From contig NW_027590141.1 of NCBI RefSeq assembly GCF_964213995.1, positions 496,001 to 560,000 of the forward strand: a DNA stretch of 64,000 nucleotides, written 5' to 3'. Below are positions 9,900-22,994 of this stretch, one piece after another. Position numbers and translations under genes: made by a program. Position 1 is the first letter of the stretch. Each line of letters opens with the position of its first letter. The notes under the pieces were generated by a model. That model was not told the DNA's origin, searched no databases, and saw nothing but the letters and a program-made list of their open reading frames with translations. The DNA comes from Mustelus asterias. Lineage: Eukaryota.

Positions 9900-11190
9900 A
9901 GAAAGAACAAAGAAAATTACAGCACAGGAACAGGCCCTTTGGCCCTCCAAGCCTGCACCGACCATGCTGCCCATCTGAACTAAAGCTCCCTACCCTTCTG
10001 GGGACCGTATCTCTCTATTCCCATCCTATTCATGTATTTGTCAAGACACCCCTTAAAAGTCACAATCGTATCTGCTGCCACTACCTCCTCCGGCAGCGAG
10101 TTCCAGGCACCCACCACCCTCTGTGTAAAAAGAAAACTTGCCTCGTACATCTCCTTTAAAGTTTGCCCCTCGCACCTTAAACCTTTGCCCCTTAGTAATT
10201 GACTCTTTCACCCTGGGAAAAAGCTTCTGACTATCCACTCTGTCCAAGCCCCTCATAATTTTGTAGACTTCTATCAGGTCGCCCTTTAACCTCCATCGCT
10301 CCAGTGAGAACAAACCAAGTTTCTCCAATCTCTCCTCATAGCTAATGCTCTCCATGCCAGCAACATCCTGGTAAATCTTTTATGTACCCTCTCCAAAGCC
10401 TTCACATCCTTCTAGTAGTGTGGCGACCAGAATTGAACACTATATTCCAAGTGCGGCCTAACTAAGATTATATAAAGCTGCAACATGATTTGCCAATTTT
10501 TAAACTCAATGCCCCGGCCGATGAAGGCAAGCATGCCGTATGCCTTCTTGACAACCTTCTCCACCTGCGTTGCCACTTTCAGTGACCTGTGTACCTGTAC
10601 ACCCAGATCCCTCTGCCTATCAATACTCTAAAGAGTTCAGCCATTTACTGTATATTTCTATCTGTATTAGATCTTCCAAAATGCATTATCTCACATTTGT
10701 CCAGATTAAACTCCATTTGCCATCTCTTCACCCAAGTCTCCAACCAATCTATATCCTGCTGTATCCTCTGATGGTCCTCACCGCTATCCGCAAATCCACC
10801 AACCTTTGTGTCGTCTGCAAACTTACTAATCAATTCAGTTACATTTCCTTCCAAATCATTTATATTTATATATATTACAAACAGCAAAGGTCCCAGCACT
10901 GATTCCTGTCACAGCCCTCCATTCAGAAACGCACCCTTCCACTGCTACCATTTGTCTTCTATGACCGAGCCAGTTCTGTATCCACCTTGCCAGCTCACCT
11001 CTGATCCAATGTGACTTCACCTTCTGCACCAGTCTGCCATGAGGGACCTTGTCAAAGGCCTTACTGAAGTGCATGTAGACAACATCCACTGCCCTACCCT
11101 CATCAATCATCTTCGTCACTTCCTACAAAAACTCGATCAAGTTAGTGAGACACGACCTCCCCTTCACAAAACCATGTTGCCTCTCATTAA
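9900..11190 (-). mobile_element. CR1 LINE fragment (RT to 3' end)
   Basis: VDVVYMHFSKAFDKVPH, LGPLLF..KFADDTK and RLKGDLIEVYK pieces in several frames; (TTCTTTG)-type tail. Confidence 0.93.
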
Positions 11191-11519
11191 TATGTCCACT
11201 TATCTCTTTCTCGCTTGGGAATAAAGACTCCTGGCTTGACGAACACAGGGAAATGTATCTCAATATTACCCCATAGGGATGGACTTGGTAGTTAGGGAAC
11301 GGAATTTGTAGTGGTGACTTAAGATAATGACATTGGTCTTTCCAATAGCATTACTTCATCTCCCATTGAACTGTTAATATAATGGATGGGATGGGGCAAA
11401 GAAGATCATCAAGGGTAGGTTAGAGGGTGGAAGAAATTAAATAATAAAGAATCTTCGTGTATTTGTTAATTTGTCTTCATTTGGTAACACTGATTTTATC
11501 TCCGGTATGTCAATTCAAT

Positions 11520-11790
11520 GGCCGTGCTATTACCCACCATTCCCTGCGGCCCTACAAGTGCCCTATTCACTCCACAGGAGTCCAGTGCGCAGGCGCCTTG
11601 CTGTATCCGGAGCATGCGCAGTGTCACTTTGTTCAGAGTTCCGCGAGTGCGGGAGCTTCTTTTTCCAGCGGGTGAGAGTCGGTCGGGCGGAGGGAGGAAT
11701 GGAGCCGGGAGACGGGCTGGGGAGAGAGCGGAGACTTCACAAACACCCGCCGGAGGCCGCAAGCCCAGAATGAGAGTCGAGATTGCAGCT
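11520..11790 (+). promoter_or_regulatory. CpG promoter/first exon P2 with splice donor at about 11672
   Basis: TGCGCAGGCGC and GCATGCGC (NRF1-like) motifs, donor cgg|gtgaga; homologous to 44790-45000. Confidence 0.65.
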
Positions 11791-11814
11791 CCGGGGATTC
11801 ATTCCTGGGCACTG

Positions 11815-12090
11815 GCCCAGGTGGCACAGTGGTCAGCACTGCTGCCTCACAGCACAAGGGACCCGGATTCGATTCCCGGCTTGGGTCACTGTCTGCGTGG
11901 GTTTCCTCCGGGTGCTCCGGTTTCCTCCCACAGTCCAAAGATGTGTGGATTAGGTGGATTGGCCATGATAAATTGCCCCTTAGTATCAGGGGGACGAGCT
12001 CGGGTAAATGCATGGGGTTATATGGGGATAGGACCTGCAGACTCAATGGGCTGAATGGCCTCCTTCTGCACTGTAGGATTCTATGATTCT
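11815..12090 (+). mobile_element. HE1/V-SINE-like tRNA-derived SINE
   Basis: A box TGGCACAGTGG, B-box-like GATTCGATTCC, V-domain gggtttcctccgggtgctccggtttcctccc and a CR1-like tail. Confidence 0.9.
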
Positions 12091-12269
12091 AGGTTAGCGA
12101 CCACCATCTTGGGCAACAGAGCGCATGCATGGTCATGTCTGTGTCCCTGAAATATCCGTCACTCTGGTTGTTATATAGCACACAGTTAAAGACTATAGTT
12201 ATATAGTCTTTATTTATCACACTTAGATATAGTCTTGCAGCTCATGGCTGCGTAATTTATTACTTTAAA

Positions 12270-12490
12270 GTGTCATTATGGCATAGAAAGATTCCATTCG
12301 ACAACTCAAATCCACGTTGACTCGAGCAATCCACTTCTCCCTCTACTTCACTGTTCCGCTGCAAGTTTATTTCTTTCAATTGTCCATCCAATTTCATTTT
12401 GAAATCACTGATCATCTCCACATATACTTTCTGTGTCGGCAGTGAGTTCCAAGTCATAGCCCTCACTGCTTAGATAATGTTCTTGTTCAT
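12270..12490 (-). mobile_element. Old CR1 3' fragment
   Basis: Reverse strand gives WNSLP...FKMKLD, then a tail. Confidence 0.6.
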
Positions 12491-12570
12491 AAACTTTCTT
12501 CATTTCTAATTATGTAATACTGTAATACAGTCTAAATGCATTTTTACACCACAAAATGTTGAGATTTACT

Positions 12571-12571
12571 T

Positions 12572-12605
<34 letters not shown>
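12571..12605. repeat. (TA)n(GA)n microsatellite
   Basis: Seen directly in the sequence. Confidence 0.9.
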
Positions 12606-12639
12606 TCCAGCAGCATCAATGAAAATTTTGGGTCTCTTT

Positions 12640-13292
12640 GCCCAGAACAGGAGACTTTTTCTGTCAATCAGCATGAATTAGCACCACCAGGAGAATTAGG
12701 AAGGTGAATATTTGGAAGAGCAGAGTGAGGATGGGAGCAGAGTGAGGATGGAGGGGGGAAAGTATATCCGATGGGGATGTCGTGGTTTTTGGAAATAGGA
12801 AAGAATTTTCAACATAAATTAGAACTGTTTATTCTGAATTTCTATCCTGTACTTGCAGTGATAACTTTTGCAAACTCCTTTTCCAGGATATTTAAAGGGA
12901 AGGGTTTTCAGACAAAAATCTCAAACAAAACAGGTCAAGATTTGACAGAAGCGTTTGATTCATCAGAACCTGAAAATCATTTGATTTGAACCTAGAAGAA
13001 GAAATCTTGTCTGTTCTGTCACCTTCTGAAGTTTTCAAACATCAGTGTGACAGAAAAACACAGAGACACAGACATCCAGGTGAGTGTGTCCCAGTGAACT
13101 GACTGGAAAGACCTTTGACCAATTACACAGCCTGAAAAAAACATCACACTGTTCACAGCGAGGAAAAACTGTCCACGTGTTGTGTGTGTGGACGAGGCTT
13201 TGACTGATTGTCCAACCTGGAGAGACACGGCAAAACCATGGAAATGTGGGGAATGTGAAAAGGGATTCCGTGTCCCATCTGCACTCGAAGTT
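12640..13292 (+). pseudogene. Zinc-finger cassette remnant, truncated inside its first finger
   Basis: Degenerate small exon, conserved intron and acceptor (ttccag|gata at about 12886), fossil fingers, then KPWKCGECEKGFRVPSALEV cut by a CR1 tail. Confidence 0.75.
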
Positions 13293-13432
13293 AGATACAT
13301 ACATGAGGGAGAAAGGAATAGAAGGATATGCTGATGGGGGGAGATGAAGAGGGGTGGGTGGAGGCTCATGTGGAGCATAAATACTGACACAGACCAATTC
13401 AGCCGACTGGCCTGGCCCTGTGCTGTAGACTC
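13293..13432 (+). mobile_element. CR1-type 3' tail fragment
   Basis: tacatgagggagaaaggaatagaaggatatgctgat...tggcctg..ctgtgctgta. Confidence 0.6.
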
Positions 13433-13499
13433 AGTGGAACAGAGACAAATATATTTATTTTAGTTCCAGTGCAGTAGTAAATGCAGAATCTATCAAATT

Positions 13500-14030
13500 C
13501 AGGTCAGAATTAAGAGTCATGGTGTTGTGATCTCAGTGAAAACAGTGTGGAGCACCCACAGCAACTCGGTTACAATGAACATTCGTCTTCTGAAAGCCCT
13601 TGTGTGGCCGGTGCCAATGTGTGTCTAAAAGCTGGACCATTGGGAAGAGTGATGAGCCGCCAATAAAAGTGTTTGAAATGAAAGGACTCCGACGGATATT
13701 GCGTGTGTCATGGACGGCAAAGTGGATGAATGAGTGGGTGCTGGAGAAAGCTGGTGTTTACCGGAACCTGTTTGAGGCTCTCACATCCCGGAAGCTCACC
13801 TATTTTGGACAGGTGTTGTGAAAAGGGAGGGAGTGTTTGGAAAAAGAGGCAACGTGAGACAGAACACCTGGAAAATGTGTGCAAGGAAGATCCAAGAAGG
13901 CACAGGTGAATAATATCAGAATGTGGACTGGCCTCTCGATGGGACAGACAGTGAACGCAGCAGATAAATCAGTGGAGAAAGATTATTCAGAGTGTGACCA
14001 ACCCTCAGAACGAGGATGGATGAAAGACAA
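13500..14030 (+). mobile_element. RTE-clade LINE 3' fragment
   Basis: SWTIGK...VFEMKGLRRILRVSWTAKWMNEWVLE...RKLTYFGQV. Confidence 0.8.
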
Positions 14031-14285
14031 GGCACTTGTAGTGGGAGGAAAAAGACTATTTACTATCCAGAATAAAATTAATGTACATCTGCTTTTGTGG
14101 ATAATTTCAGTGGAAACGTGCCCTCACTTAAAGGGAATCAGCCACTGGAATGAAAATTGAGACACCGATCAGTCCAACAGCAAGAAACCCTTTGACCCTC
14201 CCACTTTATCAACTGTCAGAATGAAGATGCTTCAGTCCTGGATGTGATTAACAGCAGCAACAACAGCAAAATCCAACCCCTAAAA

Positions 14286-14792
<507 letters not shown>

Positions 14793-15199
14793 GGTATGGC
14801 TGTCTGTGTCTCGGTGCTTTTGCAGTCACACTGATGGTAACTGGGTGATGGTTTCCTGCGTCCAAATGAATCGAGTGACTCTGTCAGGTCTTGATGTGAA
14901 GTTTAGTTTGGGATTTCTGATGGCAAATCCTCTCCTTTTAGTATCCTGTAAAAGGAGTTTACAAATGTCATCACTGTCTGTACAGCTCAGAAACTCAGAA
15001 CAGACAATTCTAGTTGCTGTGAAACATTCTGTCTGCTCTCGTTCCCCAAACCTGTAAGTTACTACCTCTTGCTCCATCCCCCCCAACTCCCCACTCCCTC
15101 CGTTCTCACTCTGCTGTATTCACCCTCCCAATTCTCTTCACGGTGCTAATGCATGCTGATGGGCACACTTGACACTCTTGTTCTCGACCAAGTGACAAT

Positions 15200-15395
15200 A
15201 GGATCCTATGAAATAGGAGCAGGAGTAGGCCATTTGGCTCACCAACTCTGCTGTTCTATTTCATAAGATCGTGGCTGATCTGATTGTGATTCTGACTTCA
15301 TTTTCTTCCTGTCACCCATAACCCTTGACCCTATATTTAATGATGCAGCCTCCACTGGTCTCTGGGCAAGAGAACTGCAAAGATTAACAACCCAT
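15200..15395 (-). mobile_element. CR1 3' tail fragment
   Basis: Same tail family as 27378-27600 (aggagcaggagtaggccatt). Confidence 0.7.
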
Positions 15396-15414
15396 TAATT
15401 GACAGACCAGATGA

Positions 15415-15800
15415 TCGACTGAAGCCTCGTCCACACACAGAAACGTGTATGGTTTCTCCCCACTGTGAACAGTGCTTTTTCCTCCTATGTTCAAAACTCG
15501 ATCATATTCAGGGCAGGATAAATTGGGTGATGTTTGATTTTAGTTTCCTGACTTCAAATCCTTTTCTTCTAAAAACCTATGAAATTGATTTAAACACAAA
15601 AAGAGGAGTGAGAGAGAACCCACAAAAACACAAAGGCAGGTTGTGAAATTGAGCTGAATGAATCTGGTAATTTGTGGGGCCGGCACTAGGACCAAGTGAC
15701 AATGAAACAGCTGGATTGTCATAAAACACCAACTGACTCACCAATGTCCTTCAGGGAAGGGAACCTGCCGCCCGATCTGGATCTGTGCAAGACTCTTGTC
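15415..15800 (-). pseudogene. Truncated paralog of the intron end and exon start of the gene at 33885
   Basis: Inverted match to 33580-33955, including the acceptor (aatttcatag|g versus aatttcacag|g) and an old SINE fragment; the finger array is missing. Confidence 0.7.
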
Positions 15801-16229
15801 TCCATAGCAGGAGAGAGAGAGACAGAAGGGGGAAGAGGCAAGGGGTGAAGGAGAGGAATGTTATATATTTACAACTCAGCCGGAACTTACACAGAACCTC
15901 CTAAACCCTCAACCACCACCATTGAGCAAGGATAGCAGCTATATGTGAACATCATCATCTCCAAGTTCCCCTCCATTTCATACATTGTCCTGACTTGACA
16001 TCCAGTGCTGAAAACTTGAAAATTCCTTCACTGAAATGTTGTGAATTGAAAGCCTTTGTTTTTGGAACGTAGGGTTCGGAGCAGAAGTCGGCAAATTTAG
16101 CCCTTCAAGCTGCTCCGCCATTCAATCAGATCATGGCTGATGTCTCCCTCGTCTCAAATCCACCTCCCCTCCTGTTCACCATATCCCATTAAGCCTTTTT
16201 GTTCCATCAGAAATACATCTATCTCCTTT

Positions 16230-16620
16230 AGTTCCTGTTACAAACTCCACTCTCTTGCCACTGACTCCATTCTCCCCCCTGCAAACTGTCTGAGACTGAT
16301 CCAGATTATTCAGAACAATGGTGAAATATTTCATCCCAAACTGACCTTTCAATCACATATCCACATTATCACCACCACTGTATGTTTCCACCTCAGTAAC
16401 ATCACCCACCTCTGACCAAGTCTCAGCTCATCTGCCTTTGAGACCCTCATCCATTCCTTTGTTACCTCTTGGCTTAACTTTCCTAATGCACTTCCAGCAG
16501 CCTCGCACATTCAACCTCCCCGTCATCTTAAGGTCATCCAAGTCACTGCTGTCCGTGTGCCCATTCACACCAAGTGTTTACACATCAGCCCTGTGTTCGC
16601 TGGCCTAAAAAAGCTCCTGA
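16230..16620 (+). mobile_element. L2-clade LINE fragment
   Basis: HIHIITTTVCFHLSNITHL..SLSSSAFETLIHSFVTSWL matches the L2 ORF2 C-terminal pattern. Confidence 0.7.
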
Positions 16621-16919
16621 CTTTTTTATACAAAATACATACAAATTGTTATTTCTCCACAACTAACTGAGGATGGACAATACTTGAGACACAGATTTAA
16701 GATTTTGAGCAAGATCAATAGTGGCGATATGATGCCGAAATTTTACACAGTGAGTGATAATGACCTGGAACTCAATGCTTACCCGCAAAGATCAATGATA
16801 TTCAGGTCCTGATGAGTTGAGGCATGCTGTCAGAATTTAATGAGGTTTGGTTTGAGATTCCTCTCTGCAAATCTTCTTCTAATATCCTGTAAAAGAAGTA
16901 TACAAAAACATCATGATCA

Positions 16920-17655
16920 TTCCATAGAGTCACAGAGGTTTACAGTATGGAAACAGGCCACGAAGATTGGTGTCATCTGCAAACTAACGAACCATGCCTC
17001 CTAAATTCTCATCCAAATCATTAATCATAAAAAACAGTGAACCCAGCACCGATCCCTGAGGCACACCACTGGTCACAGGCCTCCAGTTTGAAGAACAACC
17101 CTCTACAACCACCCTCTGTCATGAAGCCAATTTTGTATCCATTTGGCTACCTTACCCTGGATCCCATGAGATGTAACCTTGTGCAACAACCTACCATGTG
17201 GTACCTCATCAAAGGCCTTGCTAAAGTCCATGTAGGCAACGTTAACTACAGTGCCCTCATCCAACTTCTTGATTATCCCTTAAAAAAAAACTCAATCAAA
17301 TTTGTGAGACATGATTTTCCACTCACAAAGCCATGCTGACTGTCCCTAATCAGTCCTTGCCTCTCTAAATGCTTGTAGATCCTGTCTCTCAGAATATCTT
17401 CTCACAACTTACCCACTACAGACATTAGGTTCACCGGACTGTAGTTCCCAGGCTTTTCCCTGCAGCCCTTCTTAAACAAAGCCACAACATCTGCCACCCT
17501 CCAATCTTCAGGCACTTCACCTGCTATTGATGACTCAAATATCTTTGCTCAGGGACCCGCAATTTCCTCCCTAGCCTCCCACAATGTCCTGGGATACACT
17601 TCATCAGGTCCCGGGGATTTATCGACCTTGATGCGCTTTACGACTTCCAGCACGA
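16920..17655 (-). mobile_element. Internally deleted CR1 LINE
   Basis: Tail at 16920, then RT pieces and KVDKSPGPDEVYPRTLWEAREEIA; closely similar to 50330-51000. Confidence 0.85.
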
Positions 17656-17679
17656 GTCCAGAAATGATATTCAGAAGAA

Positions 17680-17870
17680 TGATGGAGTTTTCCAGCCCAA
17701 AGAGGCCATTCGGCCCATCATGTCTCCACCAGCCACCCTGCATCTATTCTAATCCCACTCTCCAGCACTTCATCCATAGCCTTGTCGGCTATGGCATTTC
17801 AAATGCTCATCTAAATGCTTCTTAAATGTTGTAAACGTTTCCGCCTCTGCCACCCTTTCTGGCAGTGAGA
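17680..17870 (-). mobile_element. CR1 3' tail fragment
   Basis: LPERVAEAETFTTFKKHLDEHLK followed by a tail. Confidence 0.7.
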
Positions 17871-17899
17871 TAGATCCATGATGCAAACGGGGTAAAATC

Positions 17900-18185
17900 T
17901 TTTTGAGAGGTTGCGGTTTGCACAACATATTTGCGAAACCTCCCTGCTCACCAGCCTGATCCATCGCTCCCTCGGCACAGCCCATTCCCTCACCGAACCT
18001 GGGTCCCAGAAAAAATACTATCCGCCAGGCATTACCCGGACTGCGCATGCTCCACTCCCAGCCCCGCCCCTCATTCACTCCCATTGGTTGGAGGACCAGC
18101 CGCTCCCGCTCGGTCCTCCAGTCCCGCCCCCTCTCCTCCTATTGGTCCGCAGCTGCCGTCAATCAGCCGGGCATTGTGACGGTTT
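17900..18185. promoter_or_regulatory. CpG promoter module P3
   Basis: TGCGCATGC, GC boxes, two ATTGG, minus-strand donor near 17992; inverted homolog of 32140-32400. Confidence 0.7.
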
Positions 18186-18414
18186 CAGATGGTGGGTGGG
18201 GCCACAGCCTCAGGCTGACTTGCTGATTATTGGCAGCATTTTCTGTTTGGGAATCAGAGCTGGAGATGGATGGTCAGTTCCCCTGTGTCCGGGGCTGAGG
18301 GATTCACACTCATTTCCCCAGGACACTCATTATCACTGCAACTTCACAGGAGAAAGTCCCCGCTTCAATCCCCACTGCAAACTTTATGTTTAAAATTATT
18401 ACTGATGATTGTCT

Positions 18415-18700
18415 TTTGATTTATCACATGTATTAGTATACAGTACTGTTTCTTGAGCGCTATACAGACAAAGCATACCGTTCATAGAGAAGGAGAGGGT
18501 GCAGAATGTAGTGTTACAGTCATAGCCAGGGTGTAAAGAAAGATCAACTTAATGCAAGGTAAGTCCATTCAAAAGTCTGACAGCAGCAGGGAAGAAGCTG
18601 TTCTTGAGTCGGTTGGTACGTGTCCTCAGACTTTTGTATCTTTTTCCAAGTGGAAGGAGGCAGAAGAGACAATGTCTGCGGTGCGTGGGGTCCTTGTGAG
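18415..18700 (-). mobile_element. Rex1/Babar-like LINE 3' fragment
   Basis: Reverse complement of the 3' end of 28935-30010. Confidence 0.8.
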
Positions 18701-19194
18701 AAATCCTATCAATGGCCGAATGAAAATCCTGATAAATTACATCAACTTCATTGCCAACTCTCTCTGTTACCTCCTCAAAACATTCAATAAGATTGTTCAG
18801 GGAAATGGTCCCTTTTGAAATCCATACTGATTTCTCGATTTTCGTATGTTCTGTCCTTTACTCGGGATTCTCTTTATCGACATGAGGCTGACTAATCTAT
18901 CATTCCCTGAGCATGTTCTGTCCTCTTTCTGAAATGTCAGAATCAGATTAGCTCCCTGCCAATCCTCTGGCACTACACATTTAGTGAATTAATTATGAGT
19001 CGTACTGTCTGTGCTATCTCTTCCCGACATTCTTTTAAAATGTGAGTTTAATCCATCCCCTTTCAGTTATATTAGTTTATCCAACACATCCTTTCTTGAT
19101 TTTAAATGAACTTATCTCATTACTCATCTGATCACTCAATTTTTTATTTATCTATTCTCTCTCCCAGAAAACAATGAGGCAAAAGAATGAGGCA

Positions 19195-19390
19195 AAAGTC
19201 CAAAGATGTGTGGGTTAGGTTGATTGGCCATGCTAAAATTGCCCCTTAATGTCCCGGGATGCATAGACTAGAGGGATTAGTGGGTAGAATATGTAGGGAT
19301 ATGGGGGTAGGGCCTGGGTGGGATTGTGGTCGGTGCAGACTCGATGGGCCGAATGGCCTCTTTCTGTACTGTAGGGTTTCTATGATTCTA
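19195..19390 (+). mobile_element. HE1-like SINE, 5'-truncated
   Basis: agtccaaagatgtg...gggccgaatggcctctttctgtactgtagggtttctatga. Confidence 0.9.
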
Positions 19391-19942
19391 ATGTTTGAAG
19401 ATTTCGGTAATCTGTAGATCATTAGCTGTGGTATTGTGCTGTCTGTCCCTTCATAGTCCAATTCACATCACAGATTTCCTCTTTTATTGATGTATCAATA
19501 AAATATTTCACCATTCTGTTTAATGTTCCATGATAATTTCATAGTGGAGGTGTCACTGTGTAATGTGCAAGCCAGTAAGAATTATCAGCAAAGATTACTC
19601 AGCAGTTTCTAATTGGAGATGTTAATCAGTGGAACTTCTCAGACACTGAATTGTCAATGTTGTACCACAGATCAATTTAGGATTGAAGTAATAGTTCAGA
19701 ATTTTGTAATTGAGTACCTGTCATGAGTTCTTGAATGAAGGAGAGATCACAGAGGGTGCTTTCAAAACCCAAAACTGCACTCCTGAGAATCAGTAACATC
19801 TCCAGAATATTAAACTCCAGCCAGTTATTCTTTAAATCGGCAGAAACAAACCAGATATATTCAGATGATCAATCCTTGACAAAATTAACAGCAGCAATAA
19901 CAGAATTCAACAACTGCTGTCACTTGTGAACTTGCTGATGTG

Positions 19943-20884
19943 TCAACAGGTGCTGTGACTGAGTGAAGCCCTTTCCACACACACAGCAGGTGAACGGCCT
20001 CTCCCCAGTGTGAATTCTCTGGTGTGTCTGCAGGTGAGAGCACTGAGGGCGGAAGAATGTCTGAACCTCTTTTCACAGGAAGTGCAGCTGAATGGCTTCT
20101 CCTCGGTGTGAATTCGCTGGTGTGACCAAAGGCCACTTGAGTGAGTAAATCTCTTCCCACACACAGAGCAGGTGAATGGTCGCTCCCCAGTATGAGTGCG
20201 TTGGTGTGCAGTGAGGTCGGAAGATTGCCTGAACCTCTTTCCACAGTGCGTGCAGCTGAATGGCCTCTCCTCTGTGTGAATTCGCTGGTGTAACATGAGG
20301 CTGGCTGACTGAGTGAATCCCTTACCACACATACAGCAGGTGAATGGTCTCTCCCCAGTGTGAACCCGCTGATGTGCAGTGAGGTTGGATAACTGTCCGA
20401 AACTCTTTTCACAGTAAGTGCAGCTGAAGGGCTTCTCCTCAGTGTGATTTCGCTGGTGTCTCAGTCGGTTGGTTGACTTAGTAAATCCCTTCCCACACAC
20501 AGAACAGGAGAATGGCTTCTCCCCGGTGTGGCTGCGTCGATGGATTTCCAGCAGGCATGGGAAATTGAATCCTTTGCCACAATCCTCACATTTCCACGGT
20601 TTCTCCATGGCCCCTGCCCCAGTGTGACTGCGTCGATGGTATTCTAGCAGGGATGGATAATTGAATCCTTTCCCACATTCTTCACATTTGCAAATCCGCT
20701 CCCCAGTGTGACTGCGTCGATGGTTTTCCAACAAGGATGGATAATTGAATCCCTTCCCACATTCCACACATTTCCACGGTTTTTCCATCGTGCCAGCCCC
20801 ACCGTGAACGCGTCGATGGATTTCCAGCCGGGATGGAAAATTGAATCGTTTCCCACAGTCCCCACATTTCCACTGTTTCTCCAT
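19943..20884 (-). CDS. C2H2 zinc-finger gene (9 intact fingers, frameshift in finger 10)
   Basis: ACCATGG start at 20884; three MEK(P/Q)WKC fingers; a lesion near 20040 shifts the frame, so the last finger and the ancestral stop (19920) are out of frame. Confidence 0.8.
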   Translation of the reverse strand: MEKQWKCGDCGKRFNFPSRLEIHRRVHGGAGTMEKPWKCVECGKGFNYPSLLENHRRSHTGERICKCEECGKGFNYPSLLEYHRRSHTGAGAMEKPWKCEDCGKGFNFPCLLEIHRRSHTGEKPFSCSVCGKGFTKSTNRLRHQRNHTEEKPFSCTYCEKSFGQLSNLTAHQRVHTGERPFTCCMCGKGFTQSASLMLHQRIHTEERPFSCTHCGKRFRQSSDLTAHQRTHTGERPFTCSVCGKRFTHSSGLWSHQRIHTEEKPFSCTSCEKRFRHSSALSALTCRHTREFTLGRGRSPAVCVERASLSHSTC

Positions 20885-21299
20885 GGTGTCAGTGTCCCTG
20901 TCTCTCTCCAGGTTGGATGACACACACACGTCCACACACAGAACACATGTATAGTTTCTTCCCGCTATGAACGGTGTTATATTTTTTCAGGCTGTATAAC
21001 TAGAGAAACCACTTTCCACATTCAGTTCACTGGACACTTTTGCTTGGGTGTGCGTGCTTCCAGATCCTTTTATAAAAGAATAGAAAGAGACAAAGGTCAC
21101 AGCACAGAAGGAGGCGGTCACATTGAAATTAGAAATCCTTTGTTTTCTGAGACAAAGGTATTTTACAAAAGTCATTGCCGTCAGTACAGGACAGAAATTC
21201 AGAAAGGACAATTCTAGTTTCTATGGAACATTTCTTCCTTACTCATTGCACCAAAGCTGTAAATCCCCATCCTTCACATTTTTGCTCCTTCCTGGCCTG

Positions 21300-21625
21300 A
21301 AATCATAGTCACAGAGTTTTACAGCACAAAAAGAGGCCCATTGTGTCAGTGCCGGCCATCAAACATATCTATTCTAATCCCATTTCTTGTACTTGGTCTA
21401 GAGCCTTCTATGCTATTGCATTTCAAACACTCATCTAAATGGTTCTTAAATGTTGAGAGTTCTCACCTTTACCACCCTTTGAGGTTCTGAGTTCCAGATT
21501 CCCACCAGCCTCTGGGTGAAAAAGTATTTTCTCAAATCCCCTCTAAATCTCCTGCCCCTTAACTCAAATCTATGGCAGCTGGTTTTTGACCCCTCTAAGG
21601 GGAAAAGTAACTTCCTGTCTATCCT
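21300..21625 (-). mobile_element. CR1 3' fragment in an intron
   Basis: ORF 21446-21631, FRGDLRKYFFTQRLVGIWNS. Confidence 0.8.
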
Positions 21626-22070
21626 AAACAAAAAGAGAACATGCTGGAAAATCTCAGCGGGTCTGGCAGCATCTGTAAGGACAGAAAAGAGCTGACATTG
21701 AGTCCAGATGACCCTTTGTCAAAGCTAAAAGGCATAATGTGGAGGTGACGGCGTTAGACTGGGGTGGGCACAGTAAGAAGTCTCACAACACCAGGTTAAA
21801 GTCCAATAGGTTTATTTGGTACCATGAGCTTTCAGAGTGCTGCTCCTTCATTACGTGAGTGGACTCAAATAAAATCCAAATAAACCTAAAAGGCATAGAA
21901 AGTGGGAGATATTTATACTGTAGGGTGAGAGAATGAAAGATGAGTCACAGCCACAAAAACAAGGGGAAAAGGCTGCTAATGGCAGTCCATAGAGAGAATA
22001 AAAGGTATGAATGGCCAAATGGCAAAGAAGCTGAAATCAGAGAGTAAGCTGTGACAGATGAAGATGAAGA
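21626..22070 (-). mobile_element. Penelope terminal fragment (family 2) with a nested family-1 Penelope mini-insert at 21737-21885
   Basis: atgctggaaaatctcagc..ggtctggcagcatctg motif; the nested insert is flanked by the 12-bp TSD ctaaaaggcata (21725, 21886). Confidence 0.7.
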
Positions 22071-22074
22071 TGCT

Positions 22075-22990
22075 TTTATCCCAAGTTTGCAGATGACACC
22101 AAGGTTGGTGGCATAGTGGACAGTGAAGGTTATCTAGGATTGCAACGGGATCTTGATCAATTGGGCCAGTGGGCTGATGAATAGCAGATGGAGTTTAAAT
22201 TAGATAAATGCGAGGTGATGCATTTTGGTAGATCGAACCAGGGCAGGGCTTACTCAGTTAATGGTAGGGCGTTGGGGAGAGTTACAGAACAAAGAGATCT
22301 CGGGGTACAGGTTCATAACTCCTTGAAAGTGGAGTTACAGGTGGACAGAGTGGTGGAGAAGGCATTTGGCATGCTTGCTTTCATTGGTCAGAACATTGAA
22401 TACAGGAGTTGGGACGTCTTGTTGAAGTTGTACACAATACATTGGTAAGGCCACACTTGGAATACTGTGGAGAGTTCTGGTCACCCTACCATAGAAAGGA
22501 TATTATTAAACTAGAAAGAGTGCAGAACAGATTTACTAGGATGCTCCCAGGATTTGGTGGTTTGAGTTATAAGAAGAGGCTGGATAGACTGGGACATTTT
22601 TCTCTGGAGCGTAGGAGGCTTAGGGGTGACTTTATAGGGGTCTATAAAATAATGAGGCACAGATCAGCTAGATAGTCAATATATTTTACCAAAGGTAAGG
22701 ATGTATAAAATTAGAGAGCACAGGTTTAAGGTGAGAGATACAAAAGGGTCTAGAGGGGCAATTTTTTTCACAGAGGGTGGTGAGTGTCTGGAACGAGCTG
22801 CTAGAGGCAGTAGTAGAGGCAGGTACAATTTTGTCTTTTAAAAAGTGTTTAGACAGTTACATGGATGAGATGGGTAGAGGGGTATGGGCCAAATGCAGGC
22901 AATTGGGACTAGCTTCAGGGTTAAAAAAGGGGCAGCATGGGCAAGTTGGGCCGAAGGACCTGCTTCTATGCTGCAAACCTCTATGACTAT
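22075..22990 (+). mobile_element. CR1 LINE 3' fragment
   Basis: KFADDTK through the C-terminus with stops and frameshifts; tail ctctatgact. Confidence 0.93.
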
Positions 22991-22994
22991 CCTA

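Noticed and set aside
11815-11885. tRNA gene (A and B boxes)
   Set aside because: It continues into the V-domain and a LINE-like tail, so it is a SINE head; the same applies to 31100-31172, 42885, 48028 and 63197.
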